Of a DNA stretch of 64,000 nt, positions 17,522 through 27,549 are shown piece by piece (the stretch's first letter is position 1; each line of letters opens with the position of its first letter). The position numbers were made by a program, and so were the translations under genes. Origin of the DNA: a virus. The stretch spans positions 1 to 64,000 of IMG/VR virus record IMGVR_UViG_3300042691_031577, one strand, 5' to 3'. Below the pieces are notes generated by a model. That model saw only the letters and a list, made by a program, of their open reading frames with translations, did no database searches and was not told where the DNA came from.

Positions 17522-19584
17522 TACGTTGTAGTTTGTGTTAAATATCGTGAACTATTTCCCACTACTGGTCTAGGATTTTCTTTAGCTAATACTGTTCCTT
17601 TAGAAGATGCACTATCTAAATTAATAGAAAAACCTGTTATTATATCATTTTGTTCAGTACGTGTTCTATTTTCTACTCCTAAAAATTCAGCATCTCCTGC
17701 TACTGTGTTAGGTAAATATCCAAAGAAACCAGCATCATTGTTGCTGTTGTTTGTGCCTCTACTAGGCAAATACTGAGGTAACTTCTGATGTACAATGTTA
17801 AAACTAAAGTTTGCTTCAATATACATAGCTAATCTAGCCTCAGGTGTTATATCCCAAGATGAATCATCAGGTATATTGTATTGTAAACTAGTCATTGTAG
17901 CATATTCACCTACTAAATAGTTTCCTACGTTTAGTCTCAACAACATACCACCTAAAGTATTAGTACCATTTGGATTATATCTACCGGCTGTGGTAGATGC
18001 TAATTGACCTAATGCTCTATGTTTTTCAAATAACTGTGTTCTATTGAAACAAGGTATTTTTAAACTAAAGGATACTGAACGTCTGAATTTTGAATATATG
18101 TAAAAAGTTTCTGATCTGCCAATATAATTTATATCATTCCATGTAGCTCCAAAATCATCTCTGAAGTTACTTAGATATGCTGAGAACGCCCATCTTTCTT
18201 CGTTTAAAGGTTGTCCCGGACTAGGTGGAAATGGGTCTACTCCTCTAAATATTATGGTTAATATATCTGAGTCGTATCTTTCAAATACTTTTGCTCCTTC
18301 ACCATATGTAGCTACACTACCTTCATTGCTAGTTTTACGTTTTCCGTAATATCTAAAATCTGCTGCTCCTCTATTTAACCCTGCTTTTGTTGTTAAATCT
18401 TGTGTTGTAAAATATCTTCTGTCAGCAGCAAATGGAGAATTAGATGCTGTTGTAAAATTATATCGTTCAGCATCTGAAAACGGGATACTTTGGGTTATGT
18501 TTGTAGTTGAATTAATTGCTGCAAATAATTCTCTATATGTTTTAGTAGAAGGACTGTTATATTTTATAACATTATTACCATTATTTGATAATGTATCAGC
18601 AGGACCTGATAGTATTTTTCTTCCATTGTTAAAATTAACAGCAGTATTTACCTGTCGTGTTAATCCAAAATATCTACTAATATTGTAACTAGTATCAGAA
18701 ACAATAGTATTATTTTTTCTAGCTTTTTCTCCTTTTTGCCTAAATTCTTCAAGAACATTACTAGGAGGAGTAGTATTTTGATATCTTCTTATTAAGGTTT
18801 TACCAATACCATAAACAGAACTAGGACCTGTTAAATAATCATCTATAGGAGTATTGTTATCTAAAACATCATCTACAAATGAACGTATACTAGGAGGTAA
18901 AAAACTAGTTAATCCTGCTAACAATGGAGGAATAATAGGAGTTGGGTCAAAAACATTTAATGTACTTTTTAAGCTTACTAATCTGTTATTATTAGAAGAT
19001 CCTAAAAAATCATTATTAGCTCTTGCTATAGCTTCATACTTTTGGTTATCATCCATTGTAGGACCTAAACCATGTCTATAGAAATGAACTCCAAAAGCAT
19101 TAACAGGAACCTGTAATGCTGTATTAATACCTAAATTATATATTCTGGTAGGTTGAATTATACCATTAGTTCCTAATGATAATATATTTCCTGGGTTAGT
19201 AAGTAATGATATATTTTTAGGGGTTTCTAATCTAGGATTAGATAATTGTAGGCCTATTTGTTTAGCAATCCATAAAGGATTATTTACTATCCAACTACCT
19301 ACACGAAACGTGTCTACTATAGAAGACGTACCTGCTCCTAAAAATCCACCTCTTATAAAACCAGCATCTTTGCCTATTTTATTATTAATAGTAATGGTAG
19401 GAGATATACCTGCACTTCGTAATATGCTTCCTAATTCTCCTCTAGCTAAAGTTAGATTAGTTAAATTAGGATCACTAACGTCTGTTGTTATATAAGGTTG
19501 GCCACTAGATCCTTCGTTTAGTTGATCATTACCATACTTTATTGATTTTAGGGCTGTGTCATTAAGTAGATCTCTTAAAGCCAT
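17521..19584 (-). CDS. baseplate / tube-initiator-like structural protein
   Basis: C-terminal FSAYL..WNDINYIGRSE..RSVSFS..WDI tube-like domain; lies between the tape measure and LysM genes. Confidence 0.6.
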   Translation of the reverse strand: MALRDLLNDTALKSIKYGNDQLNEGSSGQPYITTDVSDPNLTNLTLARGELGSILRSAGISPTITINNKIGKDAGFIRGGFLGAGTSSIVDTFRVGSWIVNNPLWIAKQIGLQLSNPRLETPKNISLLTNPGNILSLGTNGIIQPTRIYNLGINTALQVPVNAFGVHFYRHGLGPTMDDNQKYEAIARANNDFLGSSNNNRLVSLKSTLNVFDPTPIIPPLLAGLTSFLPPSIRSFVDDVLDNNTPIDDYLTGPSSVYGIGKTLIRRYQNTTPPSNVLEEFRQKGEKARKNNTIVSDTSYNISRYFGLTRQVNTAVNFNNGRKILSGPADTLSNNGNNVIKYNSPSTKTYRELFAAINSTTNITQSIPFSDAERYNFTTASNSPFAADRRYFTTQDLTTKAGLNRGAADFRYYGKRKTSNEGSVATYGEGAKVFERYDSDILTIIFRGVDPFPPSPGQPLNEERWAFSAYLSNFRDDFGATWNDINYIGRSETFYIYSKFRRSVSFSLKIPCFNRTQLFEKHRALGQLASTTAGRYNPNGTNTLGGMLLRLNVGNYLVGEYATMTSLQYNIPDDSSWDITPEARLAMYIEANFSFNIVHQKLPQYLPSRGTNNSNNDAGFFGYLPNTVAGDAEFLGVENRTRTEQNDIITGFSINLDSASSKGTVLAKENPRPVVGNSSRYLTQTTT

Positions 19585-19594
19585 TTATATTGGA

Positions 19595-20026
19595 TTAATA
19601 ACGTCCGTCTCTAGGTCCTTTATCTTTATATGTTTGTCCTCCAACAGATCCTCTAGGAGTTGATTTATAGATTTGAGATACTACTGGACCTCCATTTGGA
19701 ACTGGTCTTCCGATTTGGTAGTTATTAGGAGCTCTTTTATCTAATTCATCTAGACCAGATTGAGGTCTTACAGTAACTGTACTTCCTGCGGTTGTATCAC
19801 CAAATGATTCTACTCTAACATTGGGAATCCCATCTACTGAGTATCCTAATTCATAAGGAATAGCAAATCCTTCACCATGTAATTGGCTTAATGCTGGGTC
19901 AGTATTGGCTGATGGGTCTCTATATCCCCAAAAAGAATTTTTAGCTGTTGGGTCTCTTTGCGGCTCAACATTGTGTCTAACTAACAATCCAAGTGTACTT
20001 GTTTTGTATTGGTCTACTAATGCCAT
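19595..20026 (-). CDS. hypothetical virion protein
   Basis: 143-aa ORF preceded by an ATATTTAT motif at 20053-20060. Confidence 0.65.
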   Translation of the reverse strand: MALVDQYKTSTLGLLVRHNVEPQRDPTAKNSFWGYRDPSANTDPALSQLHGEGFAIPYELGYSVDGIPNVRVESFGDTTAGSTVTVRPQSGLDELDKRAPNNYQIGRPVPNGGPVVSQIYKSTPRGSVGGQTYKDKGPRDGRY

Positions 20027-20067
20027 AATTGTAAATTAATTAATTGTTTATAATAAATATTAGAGTA

Positions 20068-22038
20068 TTAAGCTAGGTTGTAAGAGTTTTGAGGTACAGT
20101 TGTTGCTATATTTACTCCGTCTATTTGTGTTCTGATTAATGGGTTATAGTTTTTACTAGCTATAACGTCTGTTTGTCTATTAATAGCCGCTATTAGAGCT
20201 GTGTTATCTTGTTTAGGAGCTACCATGTTAGGCATTTTATTTAAAGGTATAATGGCTTCAGGTTGGCCTGCTTCTGCTACTTTTACTATTCTACCACCGG
20301 GCGTTGCAGGCACTACACCACCTTCTGCCATTTCAGGGACATTATTTCCAGCAGATAATAATTTTGCTGTTACTATACCTGCTGTAGCTAAACCAGCTAT
20401 AGCAGCAGCTGGATTTGAAAAAGCAGTAGCTATAGCAGTTCCTATTCCTTGCATTCTTATATATCTCATTATTACTGCTAACCGACTAAATGATGGAATA
20501 ATAGAGGCTACCATGTATCCTGCTAATCCTCCTACAATTATTTTTAATGCTGTAGTGTGAGATAATATGGATGTTATTACATCTAAAAAACTTCCTAATG
20601 GTCCCGCTAATAAATTACCAATTAAATCTTTTAATTTATCAATAGCTGCATTAAATTTATCTTGTATATTTTGACGTTTTTCAGCTTCTAATGCTTCTTC
20701 TTCAGTAAGTTGAGCTAATGATTTGCCACTTTCTACAGCTAATTTCTGTAATCGAAGTTGGTCAGATAATTGATCTGCTGTTAAACCAAGAGCTGAAGCA
20801 AATGATTGTTGGGCCAATACATTCATGTTTTGGAACTTTTCAAGCGTCATTCCTTGATTATTAAGTTCTGTCATTAATGTAACTTGATCACCCATTAAGG
20901 CTGCTGCTCTTGCTCTTTCTAGATTCATTGCTTGGCCCGTTAATAATTCGGCTCGCAATTCATTTTCTATTGAAGATTCAAAATCTAAAAGCGATTGAGC
21001 TTGGTTTTTAGCTATTTCTAAAGAAGTACCTAATGCTTTAGCCTGAGCTACAGCTTTAACTATAAGTTCAGGATTATTTTTTAAGTTAGCTGCTAACTGT
21101 CCTGATACTTTAGCTGATTCAGCTATGGTTGCTCTGAATGGAATTCCTACTCCAAGTTGATTTCTGGCGGCTACAAAAGCACCCACCATAGCTTTATTTA
21201 CTTGTTCTGAGGATTTTCCTGTTAAAACAGATAGTTTATATATCCCTGCTGCTTCTTCAGCTGTTAACCCAAATTGTTTAGTTAACATTATTTGGGTTTC
21301 TAATGTTTTAGCTGAGTATTCTGCTACGAATCCTGTTTGAGTATTTAACTCATTCATTGCCTCAGCAGCATTTTTTAGAGTAAAGTTAACGTTGTCTGAT
21401 GCTTGAGCAGCTGATACTAAATTAGATGTTAATCTATCTGCTTGGTCTGCTCCGTATCCAAAGTTTTTTCCTATATCAACAGATATCTTATTAAAATTAA
21501 GAGCAGCTTTAATCAGTATGTCTATTATACCTTGTAAAGTAGTAAAAGAATCTACTATTTTTTTAAAGTTATCGTCATATATTTTTTTAGCTACACCACT
21601 GATGGAATTTTGTTTTTTCTTCTCTTCTGTTACTCTTTTTTCTGCTTCTGCTGCTGCTAGTATTTGTTTATTTAATTGAATAGAATCATCTATTTGGATA
21701 GACATTAATTTGTTTTGGAGTAAAGCCGTTCTAATTCTTTTTTCTGCTTGGAAATTACCCAATGATATTGCTTTAGCTAAATCAGCTTCTAATTTTATTT
21801 TATTAAAAGATAATCTATTATTTTCTTTAGATAATTTTTGTATTTCAGTAGTAACTTTTTTAGTTACATCTTCTCCTTTTTCAAAAGCAGTGATAAAGTC
21901 TTTAGCTTTACTAGAAGCATCCGCTAACTTATTATTCATGCGGTCTAATAATTGACCTGATATGCTAGCTAGTCTGAGGTCTAAATCATCTAATGCTTGA
22001 TTTAAATCTTTTATTATTTTATCTTTATCGTCAGCCAT
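20068..22038 (-). CDS. tape measure protein
   Basis: Helical, Ala/Leu/Gln-rich; LLDFESSIENELRAELLTG; hydrophobic segments; MAEGGVV..AEAGQPEAIIPL. Start likely MADDK at 22038. Confidence 0.75.
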   Translation of the reverse strand: MADDKDKIIKDLNQALDDLDLRLASISGQLLDRMNNKLADASSKAKDFITAFEKGEDVTKKVTTEIQKLSKENNRLSFNKIKLEADLAKAISLGNFQAEKRIRTALLQNKLMSIQIDDSIQLNKQILAAAEAEKRVTEEKKKQNSISGVAKKIYDDNFKKIVDSFTTLQGIIDILIKAALNFNKISVDIGKNFGYGADQADRLTSNLVSAAQASDNVNFTLKNAAEAMNELNTQTGFVAEYSAKTLETQIMLTKQFGLTAEEAAGIYKLSVLTGKSSEQVNKAMVGAFVAARNQLGVGIPFRATIAESAKVSGQLAANLKNNPELIVKAVAQAKALGTSLEIAKNQAQSLLDFESSIENELRAELLTGQAMNLERARAAALMGDQVTLMTELNNQGMTLEKFQNMNVLAQQSFASALGLTADQLSDQLRLQKLAVESGKSLAQLTEEEALEAEKRQNIQDKFNAAIDKLKDLIGNLLAGPLGSFLDVITSILSHTTALKIIVGGLAGYMVASIIPSFSRLAVIMRYIRMQGIGTAIATAFSNPAAAIAGLATAGIVTAKLLSAGNNVPEMAEGGVVPATPGGRIVKVAEAGQPEAIIPLNKMPNMVAPKQDNTALIAAINRQTDVIASKNYNPLIRTQIDGVNIATTVPQNSYNLA

Positions 22039-22053
22039 ATACAATAAATATTA

Positions 22054-22078
22054 AAAGCACCTATTTTTTAGGTGCTTT
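22054..22078 (-). terminator. intrinsic terminator
   Basis: Inverted repeat AAAGCACCTA-AAAAA-TAGGTGCTTT overlapping the stop codon. Confidence 0.6.
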
Positions 22079-22336
22079 AGCTGTGTAGTGCGGTTTATTT
22101 TGAGGAGCTATATTAGGTTTAGCCACTTCCTGTTTACTCTTATTATTCATCATGTTCTGCTGTTTTTCGGCTTCTTCATTTTGTTTATCATAATGCTCCT
22201 TTAATTTAAGAAATGTAAATTTTCTTAACCAAATGGGCATATCGTAAACAGTGGTCCAATCATATCCACCTTGTCCCCAAAAACATATATCATGAATTTG
22301 ACTAAATAATATTGGTCTATACTCCGGAGTCAGGCC
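22061..22336 (-). CDS. unannotated frameshift extension (GT-like) of the tail assembly chaperone
   Basis: The +1 frame after the T7 run reads GLTPEYRPILFSQIHDICFWGQGGYDWTTVYDMPIWLRKF...KAPKK* and has no 5' start codon of its own. Confidence 0.7.
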   Translation of the reverse strand, partial: GLTPEYRPILFSQIHDICFWGQGGYDWTTVYDMPIWLRKFTFLKLKEHYDKQNEEAEKQQNMMNNKSKQEVAKPNIAPQNKPHYTAKAPKK

Positions 22337-23087
22337 AAAAAAAGTTAAGAGAAATAGGAATATCTATGCCCTCCCCTGCATAGTTTTCATCCTCTGGGTA
22401 GTATTTTATTTCAATATCTGGTTGGATTTTTACGTAATATTCACGTAATGCTCTAGCATCTCTCGCTGTTAGGAAAGTATCTACAAACTCTCTTACGGCC
22501 TTAGCATCTCTATTACCGTTTACTGATGTTATCATGTATTTTAAACGAGTAGTAACATCGTATGATGCTGTTGGGTTTAGTTTTTGTAGACCCTTAATTT
22601 CAGCTTCAATTTTCTTTTCATCACCATGCGTTAATAACTTAAACGTAATGGTATTGTCTGAATGAGGTAGATTAAAGGTAAATTCATTTACACCGGGCTT
22701 AAATAAAGTTTCATTGATTTCTTTGTCGTTTAACGTGGTTAAATCAACAGTAGCTTCCACTTCATATCCCTGTTTGTTTTTGTAAGTAAATTGGTAATCT
22801 TTGCCGTATCCTAATATACGAGCGGCAACTAAAATTGCATTTTTATCCCCAATTAACAAATCATCATAACTGATAGGGGATATAATTAGTGCTTGTAGTA
22901 ATTTATCAATAACGGTACCTTGCTTAATATAATTTGCGTTTGTGAGAATATCTTCTTCACGCGCGCTCATATATTTCATTTCAATTTTACCGCTTGATAA
23001 TGGATTTTCCTTTGGATATAGTAGGCCTTTTGAAGGTAAATCTACTATTTCAGTTGGGAATTTGGGTTTTGTAACATTATTTTCCAT
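22317..23087 (-). CDS. T4 gp26-like baseplate hub / tail assembly chaperone
   Basis: LPSKGLLYP, MSAREEDIL, DLLIGDKNAILVAARILGYG, ends FFWPD; lies between tube and tape measure. Confidence 0.8.
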   Translation of the reverse strand: MENNVTKPKFPTEIVDLPSKGLLYPKENPLSSGKIEMKYMSAREEDILTNANYIKQGTVIDKLLQALIISPISYDDLLIGDKNAILVAARILGYGKDYQFTYKNKQGYEVEATVDLTTLNDKEINETLFKPGVNEFTFNLPHSDNTITFKLLTHGDEKKIEAEIKGLQKLNPTASYDVTTRLKYMITSVNGNRDAKAVREFVDTFLTARDARALREYYVKIQPDIEIKYYPEDENYAGEGIDIPISLNFFWPDSGV

Positions 23088-23127
23088 TTATAACTTATTA
23101 TTTTATATAAATATAACGATAAAAAAA

Positions 23128-23147
23128 GGTTTGGCAAAAGCCAAACC
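23128..23147 (-). terminator. intrinsic terminator
   Basis: GGTTTGGC-TTTT-GCCAAACC followed by a T7 tract. Confidence 0.7.
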
Positions 23148-23191
23148 AATTTTTCTGTATACTTCGGAAAAAGTAATTTTACATATAAATA

Positions 23192-23956
23192 CTATGATTT
23201 TGTGTTTTCTAATAAAATTTGTTTTACTTGTTTTATATTGTTATTTATATCATTTTCCCAAAAACGCAATAATTTGTAACCGTTGTCTGCAGCCCATTGT
23301 GTTTTAATGGAATCTTTAATTAGATTATTTTTTTGAGTTTCATAAAAAGCTTCAGGAAATTTAATAGGATTACAGTGCCAAAAATCACCATCTACTTCTA
23401 TTATTATATTATAATCTGGGAGGTAGAAGTCGTAGAATGCTTTAATATCTTTAGCATAGAAGAATTGTTGATATTTTATATCTAATAAGTCTAATATATT
23501 TGCAAATGTTTTTTCTAGTTTAGAAGTATAATGTTTCTTTTTACCTATGTCACCAGTCTTCCATTTTTGTTTGGCTGTTTTACTCATTTTTTTACGAGTT
23601 TCTTCAGATTGTATGCGTCCTATCCCAAATCCATCTGGTTTAGGTTTGGGAATACCTTTAGATCCTTGGGATATTTTCTTTCCTAATTCAATGCTATCTC
23701 TACCTTTAACCGCTTGTTTTATATAGTCATACTCACCAGAAGCAAATTTTTCTTTACGTGTTTTAATAATAGCTTGTACACGTTTTTCTGCTTTAGGATC
23801 ACCAAAATGACCAGGAACTCGGGATTGGTGTCCGCTTTTCCATTTACAGAAATCTTTTAATTTAGCTTCATAACGTGTTTGTTCACCACAACCACATTGA
23901 CATGTTGGGTGAATTCCGTTGTATTTTTCTTGTATTAATTTGTCTTTTTTAAGCAT
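23192..23956 (-). CDS. free-standing homing endonuclease (DUF559/Vsr-like nuclease with NUMOD3-like repeat)
   Basis: CQCGCG, QSEETRKKMS, YDFYLP..IIEVDGDFWH, LLRFWEND. Start likely MLKKDK at 23956. Confidence 0.8.
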   Translation of the reverse strand: MLKKDKLIQEKYNGIHPTCQCGCGEQTRYEAKLKDFCKWKSGHQSRVPGHFGDPKAEKRVQAIIKTRKEKFASGEYDYIKQAVKGRDSIELGKKISQGSKGIPKPKPDGFGIGRIQSEETRKKMSKTAKQKWKTGDIGKKKHYTSKLEKTFANILDLLDIKYQQFFYAKDIKAFYDFYLPDYNIIIEVDGDFWHCNPIKFPEAFYETQKNNLIKDSIKTQWAADNGYKLLRFWENDINNNIKQVKQILLENTKS

Positions 23957-24052
23957 ATATTTAAATAAAAAGGTTCGATAATAAATATCGAACCTTCTTG
24001 AAAAACGTTGCTTTGGATAATAAGGCTTTGAATTGAAAGCCATGCACCGTTG

Positions 24053-24538
24053 CTAAAAATTTAATACACAATAATCCATAGCTATTGTAACTGATAAATT
24101 AATAGCTTGGTCGTTTGCCCAATCGTAATCACCAAAAGTTGCTGATTTTACGTAGGCTCCTTTAACAACCCATTCGCTAATAATATCACCTACAGGACCT
24201 AATACGTCTAAAGTAATATCTTTCTTATAAAAATCTGAGTAACCATCACGGCCTGTTACAGATTCGTGTGATAAACGTACCCATTCCATTACTGCTTGAG
24301 CACCTGATGGTGTGATAGGATCATATAATTCAAGTGTCATATCATTCCACCTTACTTTACCTTTAACTTTACGGTAAACGTTAATGTGGTCTAATACGAT
24401 TTCACCAGCTTCTAAAGAAGGTGATGCTGCTTTTTTAATCAGGTATGCAGGAATACCATCTATGTACATGATAAAGCGATTTTGAACTTTTGGTTCAAAA
24501 GCTGTAAACATTATCTCATTGGCGCTTAATACTGGCAT
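24053..24538 (-). CDS. tail tube protein (gp19-like)
   Basis: FEPKVQNRF, LELYDPI, GRDGYSDFYKKDI; immediately downstream of the sheath gene. Confidence 0.9.
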   Translation of the reverse strand: MPVLSANEIMFTAFEPKVQNRFIMYIDGIPAYLIKKAASPSLEAGEIVLDHINVYRKVKGKVRWNDMTLELYDPITPSGAQAVMEWVRLSHESVTGRDGYSDFYKKDITLDVLGPVGDIISEWVVKGAYVKSATFGDYDWANDQAINLSVTIAMDYCVLNF

Positions 24539-24586
24539 TTTATTTAGTTATTATCTGTTAATAAATATTATATATTTTAAAAAATA

Positions 24587-24612
24587 TGTAGAGAGGCTTT
24601 CACCCCTCTACA
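24587..24612 (-). terminator. hairpin between sheath and tube genes
   Basis: TGTAGAG/CTCTACA stem with a GAAA-containing loop. Confidence 0.45.
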
Positions 24613-24622
24613 TTATTAATTG

Positions 24623-26347
24623 TTATGCTGGGAATGTGGCTCCAGTTGGTAAAATGTTAAAGTTCAAGATAATAAATTCAGCTGTTTTAGTAGGTTGAAT
24701 ATAAATTTGGCCTACTAATTGATTTCTATCAACTACATCTGCTGTATTGTTAGTATCATCCATTATCACTTTGTAAGCGTATAAACCTTGACGTTGAACT
24801 ACTGATTCTAAGTATGGATTAACTTGGCTTAAGAAACGATTACGTGTTACAGTTGTATTTTGTTCAAATACTAAAGTACGAGATACATTACCGATAAAAT
24901 CTTTCAATGCTATTAATAAACGTCTTACATTTACACGATCTAAAGATGTTGGTTTGCGTTGTAATGTTTTCTGACCCCATACACAAGTACCAGTTCCAGG
25001 GAAAGTTGCAATTGGATTTACATTTCCACTGTATAATGTATCACGATCTGTTTGTTGTAATCTACGTTCAGCACGTACTACTGAAGGAATACCACCTCTG
25101 TTTAAACCAGCTGGGGCGAACCATTCAGCACCTACTCTATCGTTAAATGCTAATACACCACCTATTACTGTTGATGGAGGACACCATACTACTTTTCCTA
25201 AACCGCTTGAGAATAATTGAACCCAAGGATAATAAGTAGCAGCGTAGTTGCTTGATTGGCCTGAAGCGTTTTGAGTTGCAGTTCCTATTGCGGTTCCGTA
25301 AACACCAACGTCTGTAATTGCAATTGCATCACCACGTCCTTCTACTGTTGCTATCATAGTAGATACAGCTGAGTTATCTAATCCAACACCAGGAGCTAAC
25401 AACATGTTAAATCTGTATTCATCAGCATTAGCTAATAAACCAAATGCTGTATTATAATCTGCTGGGGCAAATCCTTGTATACTTGCTGAGGTAATATTTT
25501 CATTCATTAATTTAGCAGTATTTGTATCTGCTACACCTCCACTAAATGAACCACCGTATGATCCACTTCCTACTAATGGTAAGCTTCCACTATATTGGGT
25601 TGCTTTATAGTTACCATTGTTGTCGATTGAATCTACGTTTGGAGTAGTTACTGAAGATACACGAACGTATTGTGATACGTTTGGATAAGTTCCAGTATAG
25701 TTAATGTATGCTGCACTATTACCTGTAGCAGCTACGTAAACTGGTTTTAAATCACCAATTACGCGAGCAATATAGTTAGGTAATTGAGGATCTAAACTTA
25801 CGTTTGCCCATGTTTCTAAAATATTTTTCTGAGCGTTATTGTCGTCACCACGACGAATTGTTAAGGTGAAAGTACCACTACCAGTATTTACTGAGGTTAC
25901 CTCATAACGTACGTTTAATGAAGATCCACTTGCTAAAGCACCACTTACTAAACTAGAAGTGTTGTTCATTTGATTACCCCATGATAATACTTCTAATTGG
26001 AATGATGAACCTGTTAATGAAGCAGCAGGAACATCTGCTGTTGCATATGTACTTGCATTAGCTGAACCACTAATAATACGGGTAACTAATAATGATTGAC
26101 CACCGTTTTGAAAATACTCTCTAGCGGCTTGTGAAGTGAAATATTCATAGTAGTAACTACCACTTTTGAAAATATCACCAAATAACGATAAGTACTGAGA
26201 GTACGTAGTAACATACGTTGGTACAAACGGTCTACCCATTACAGTAGGACCTACTATTGCGGCTCCTAATGCGGGTGGTTGTGTTGTGTAAAGGCTCTGG
26301 TCTGATTCTATTTGGAATACGCCAGGTGAAATGATTTGTTCTGCCAT
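24623..26347 (-). CDS. tail sheath protein (gp18-like)
   Basis: ISPGV, WFAPAGLNRG, WGQKTL, LDRVNVRRLL, PTKTAEFI. Confidence 0.95.
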   Translation of the reverse strand: MAEQIISPGVFQIESDQSLYTTQPPALGAAIVGPTVMGRPFVPTYVTTYSQYLSLFGDIFKSGSYYYEYFTSQAAREYFQNGGQSLLVTRIISGSANASTYATADVPAASLTGSSFQLEVLSWGNQMNNTSSLVSGALASGSSLNVRYEVTSVNTGSGTFTLTIRRGDDNNAQKNILETWANVSLDPQLPNYIARVIGDLKPVYVAATGNSAAYINYTGTYPNVSQYVRVSSVTTPNVDSIDNNGNYKATQYSGSLPLVGSGSYGGSFSGGVADTNTAKLMNENITSASIQGFAPADYNTAFGLLANADEYRFNMLLAPGVGLDNSAVSTMIATVEGRGDAIAITDVGVYGTAIGTATQNASGQSSNYAATYYPWVQLFSSGLGKVVWCPPSTVIGGVLAFNDRVGAEWFAPAGLNRGGIPSVVRAERRLQQTDRDTLYSGNVNPIATFPGTGTCVWGQKTLQRKPTSLDRVNVRRLLIALKDFIGNVSRTLVFEQNTTVTRNRFLSQVNPYLESVVQRQGLYAYKVIMDDTNNTADVVDRNQLVGQIYIQPTKTAEFIILNFNILPTGATFPA

Positions 26348-26430
26348 TTTTATATAAAATAATTGAGTTTTACTATTGAATTAACCTAATAATAAATATC
26401 AACTATTCTATATAAAACGCAGAACCGTGA

Positions 26431-26703
26431 TTAAAGAGGGGTAATTTCGCCAGTTTCCATATTTATATTACCGGCACCGTATTTTTCTTGTAGGTTGTCA
26501 ATTAATGTTTTTTCTTTTTTACCGACATTATCTATCTCAGCTACTATTTTTGCTTTTTCAGCCTCTAATAGCTCGGTTTGTTTTTTGATAAATACTAATT
26601 GGCTTTCGATTGAGCCTAATTCAAATACAACCTTGTTGTATTCTGATTGGAGACCTTTAATAGAATTGATCTCTTCTTGGGTTAACTTTTTAACTTCTGA
26701 CAT
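26431..26703 (-). CDS. small coiled-coil hypothetical protein
   Basis: Ends LQEKYGAGNINMETGE; likely start MSEVKK. Confidence 0.7.
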   Translation of the reverse strand: MSEVKKLTQEEINSIKGLQSEYNKVVFELGSIESQLVFIKKQTELLEAEKAKIVAEIDNVGKKEKTLIDNLQEKYGAGNINMETGEITPL

Positions 26704-26708
26704 ATAAC

Positions 26709-26942
26709 TTAAATTTTCCATTTTTGTTTTGGGCATGCTTCCGGTCCCGGTTTGAAACTAAATATTTTTTTGTTTATTGGGCAATTACATACTCCACAAA
26801 TATAAGTATCAAATAGATCTACATATGTTTTTTCAGGACATGTGTCACATATTTGTACTCTAGATTCTGCTATTGCTTTCCTTTCTGGGGTTGGATTTTC
26901 AGCCTCCATCCAGGCATCTACTATTTCTAATAATTTAATCAT
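26709..26942 (-). CDS. small Cys-rich (Zn-binding) protein
   Basis: CDTC, CGVCNC, CPKQKW. Confidence 0.7.
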   Translation of the reverse strand: MIKLLEIVDAWMEAENPTPERKAIAESRVQICDTCPEKTYVDLFDTYICGVCNCPINKKIFSFKPGPEACPKQKWKI

Positions 26943-27148
26943 TATTTTTTAGTAGATGGTTTTTTCTTTTTTTTAGGTGTAGTTTTAGGTTTTACTTCGT
27001 TTATAATAACCGGTTTTACTTCTTCAACCTTAGCTGGTTCTTCAACTTTAACAGAAGTTTCTACTTCTTTAAGTATTTCAACACTAACATGTTTAGTTTC
27101 TTTAGCAAAACCTAAAATTGTTTTTACAAAATCAAATATCTTTTTCAT
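26942..27148 (-). CDS. hypothetical protein with Lys-rich tail
   Basis: 68-aa ORF; promoter-like TTTG-N19-TATATTTA upstream. Confidence 0.6.
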   Translation of the reverse strand: MKKIFDFVKTILGFAKETKHVSVEILKEVETSVKVEEPAKVEEVKPVIINEVKPKTTPKKKKKPSTKK

Positions 27149-27197
27149 ACTATATTACTTTATATATAAATATATAACTTTTCTTCAGACCTCCAAA

Positions 27198-27524
27198 CTA
27201 AACTCTATTAAAAGTACAATCTGGGTTAGAACCTGATAATTGAGTTATAATATATGTTTCCAATGAATATATAAGATCTGAGTAAGGATCTACAGGTGTT
27301 CTTGGATATGTTAACTCAGATGTTGATGGATACATTGGTATCGCTCCTACTTGAGGGTAAGACATACTACCAGTACCTAAACTATCAGTTACATAAGTTG
27401 GAATAGTAATATTCACATCCATTGCTATTGTACCTCTATAAGTTAAGTGAGGTATTAATTGTAGTTGTGGGTCTGTATAACTAGCATACCCATTTTTAAA
27501 ACTTCCTGTTATTTGAATTGCCAT
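27198..27524 (-). CDS. hypothetical protein (possible fibre-associated)
   Basis: Follows the large fibre gene; ATATTTAT at 27541-27548. Confidence 0.65.
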   Translation of the reverse strand: MAIQITGSFKNGYASYTDPQLQLIPHLTYRGTIAMDVNITIPTYVTDSLGTGSMSYPQVGAIPMYPSTSELTYPRTPVDPYSDLIYSLETYIITQLSGSNPDCTFNRV

Positions 27525-27549
27525 TTTGTTTATGTTTATTATAAATATA

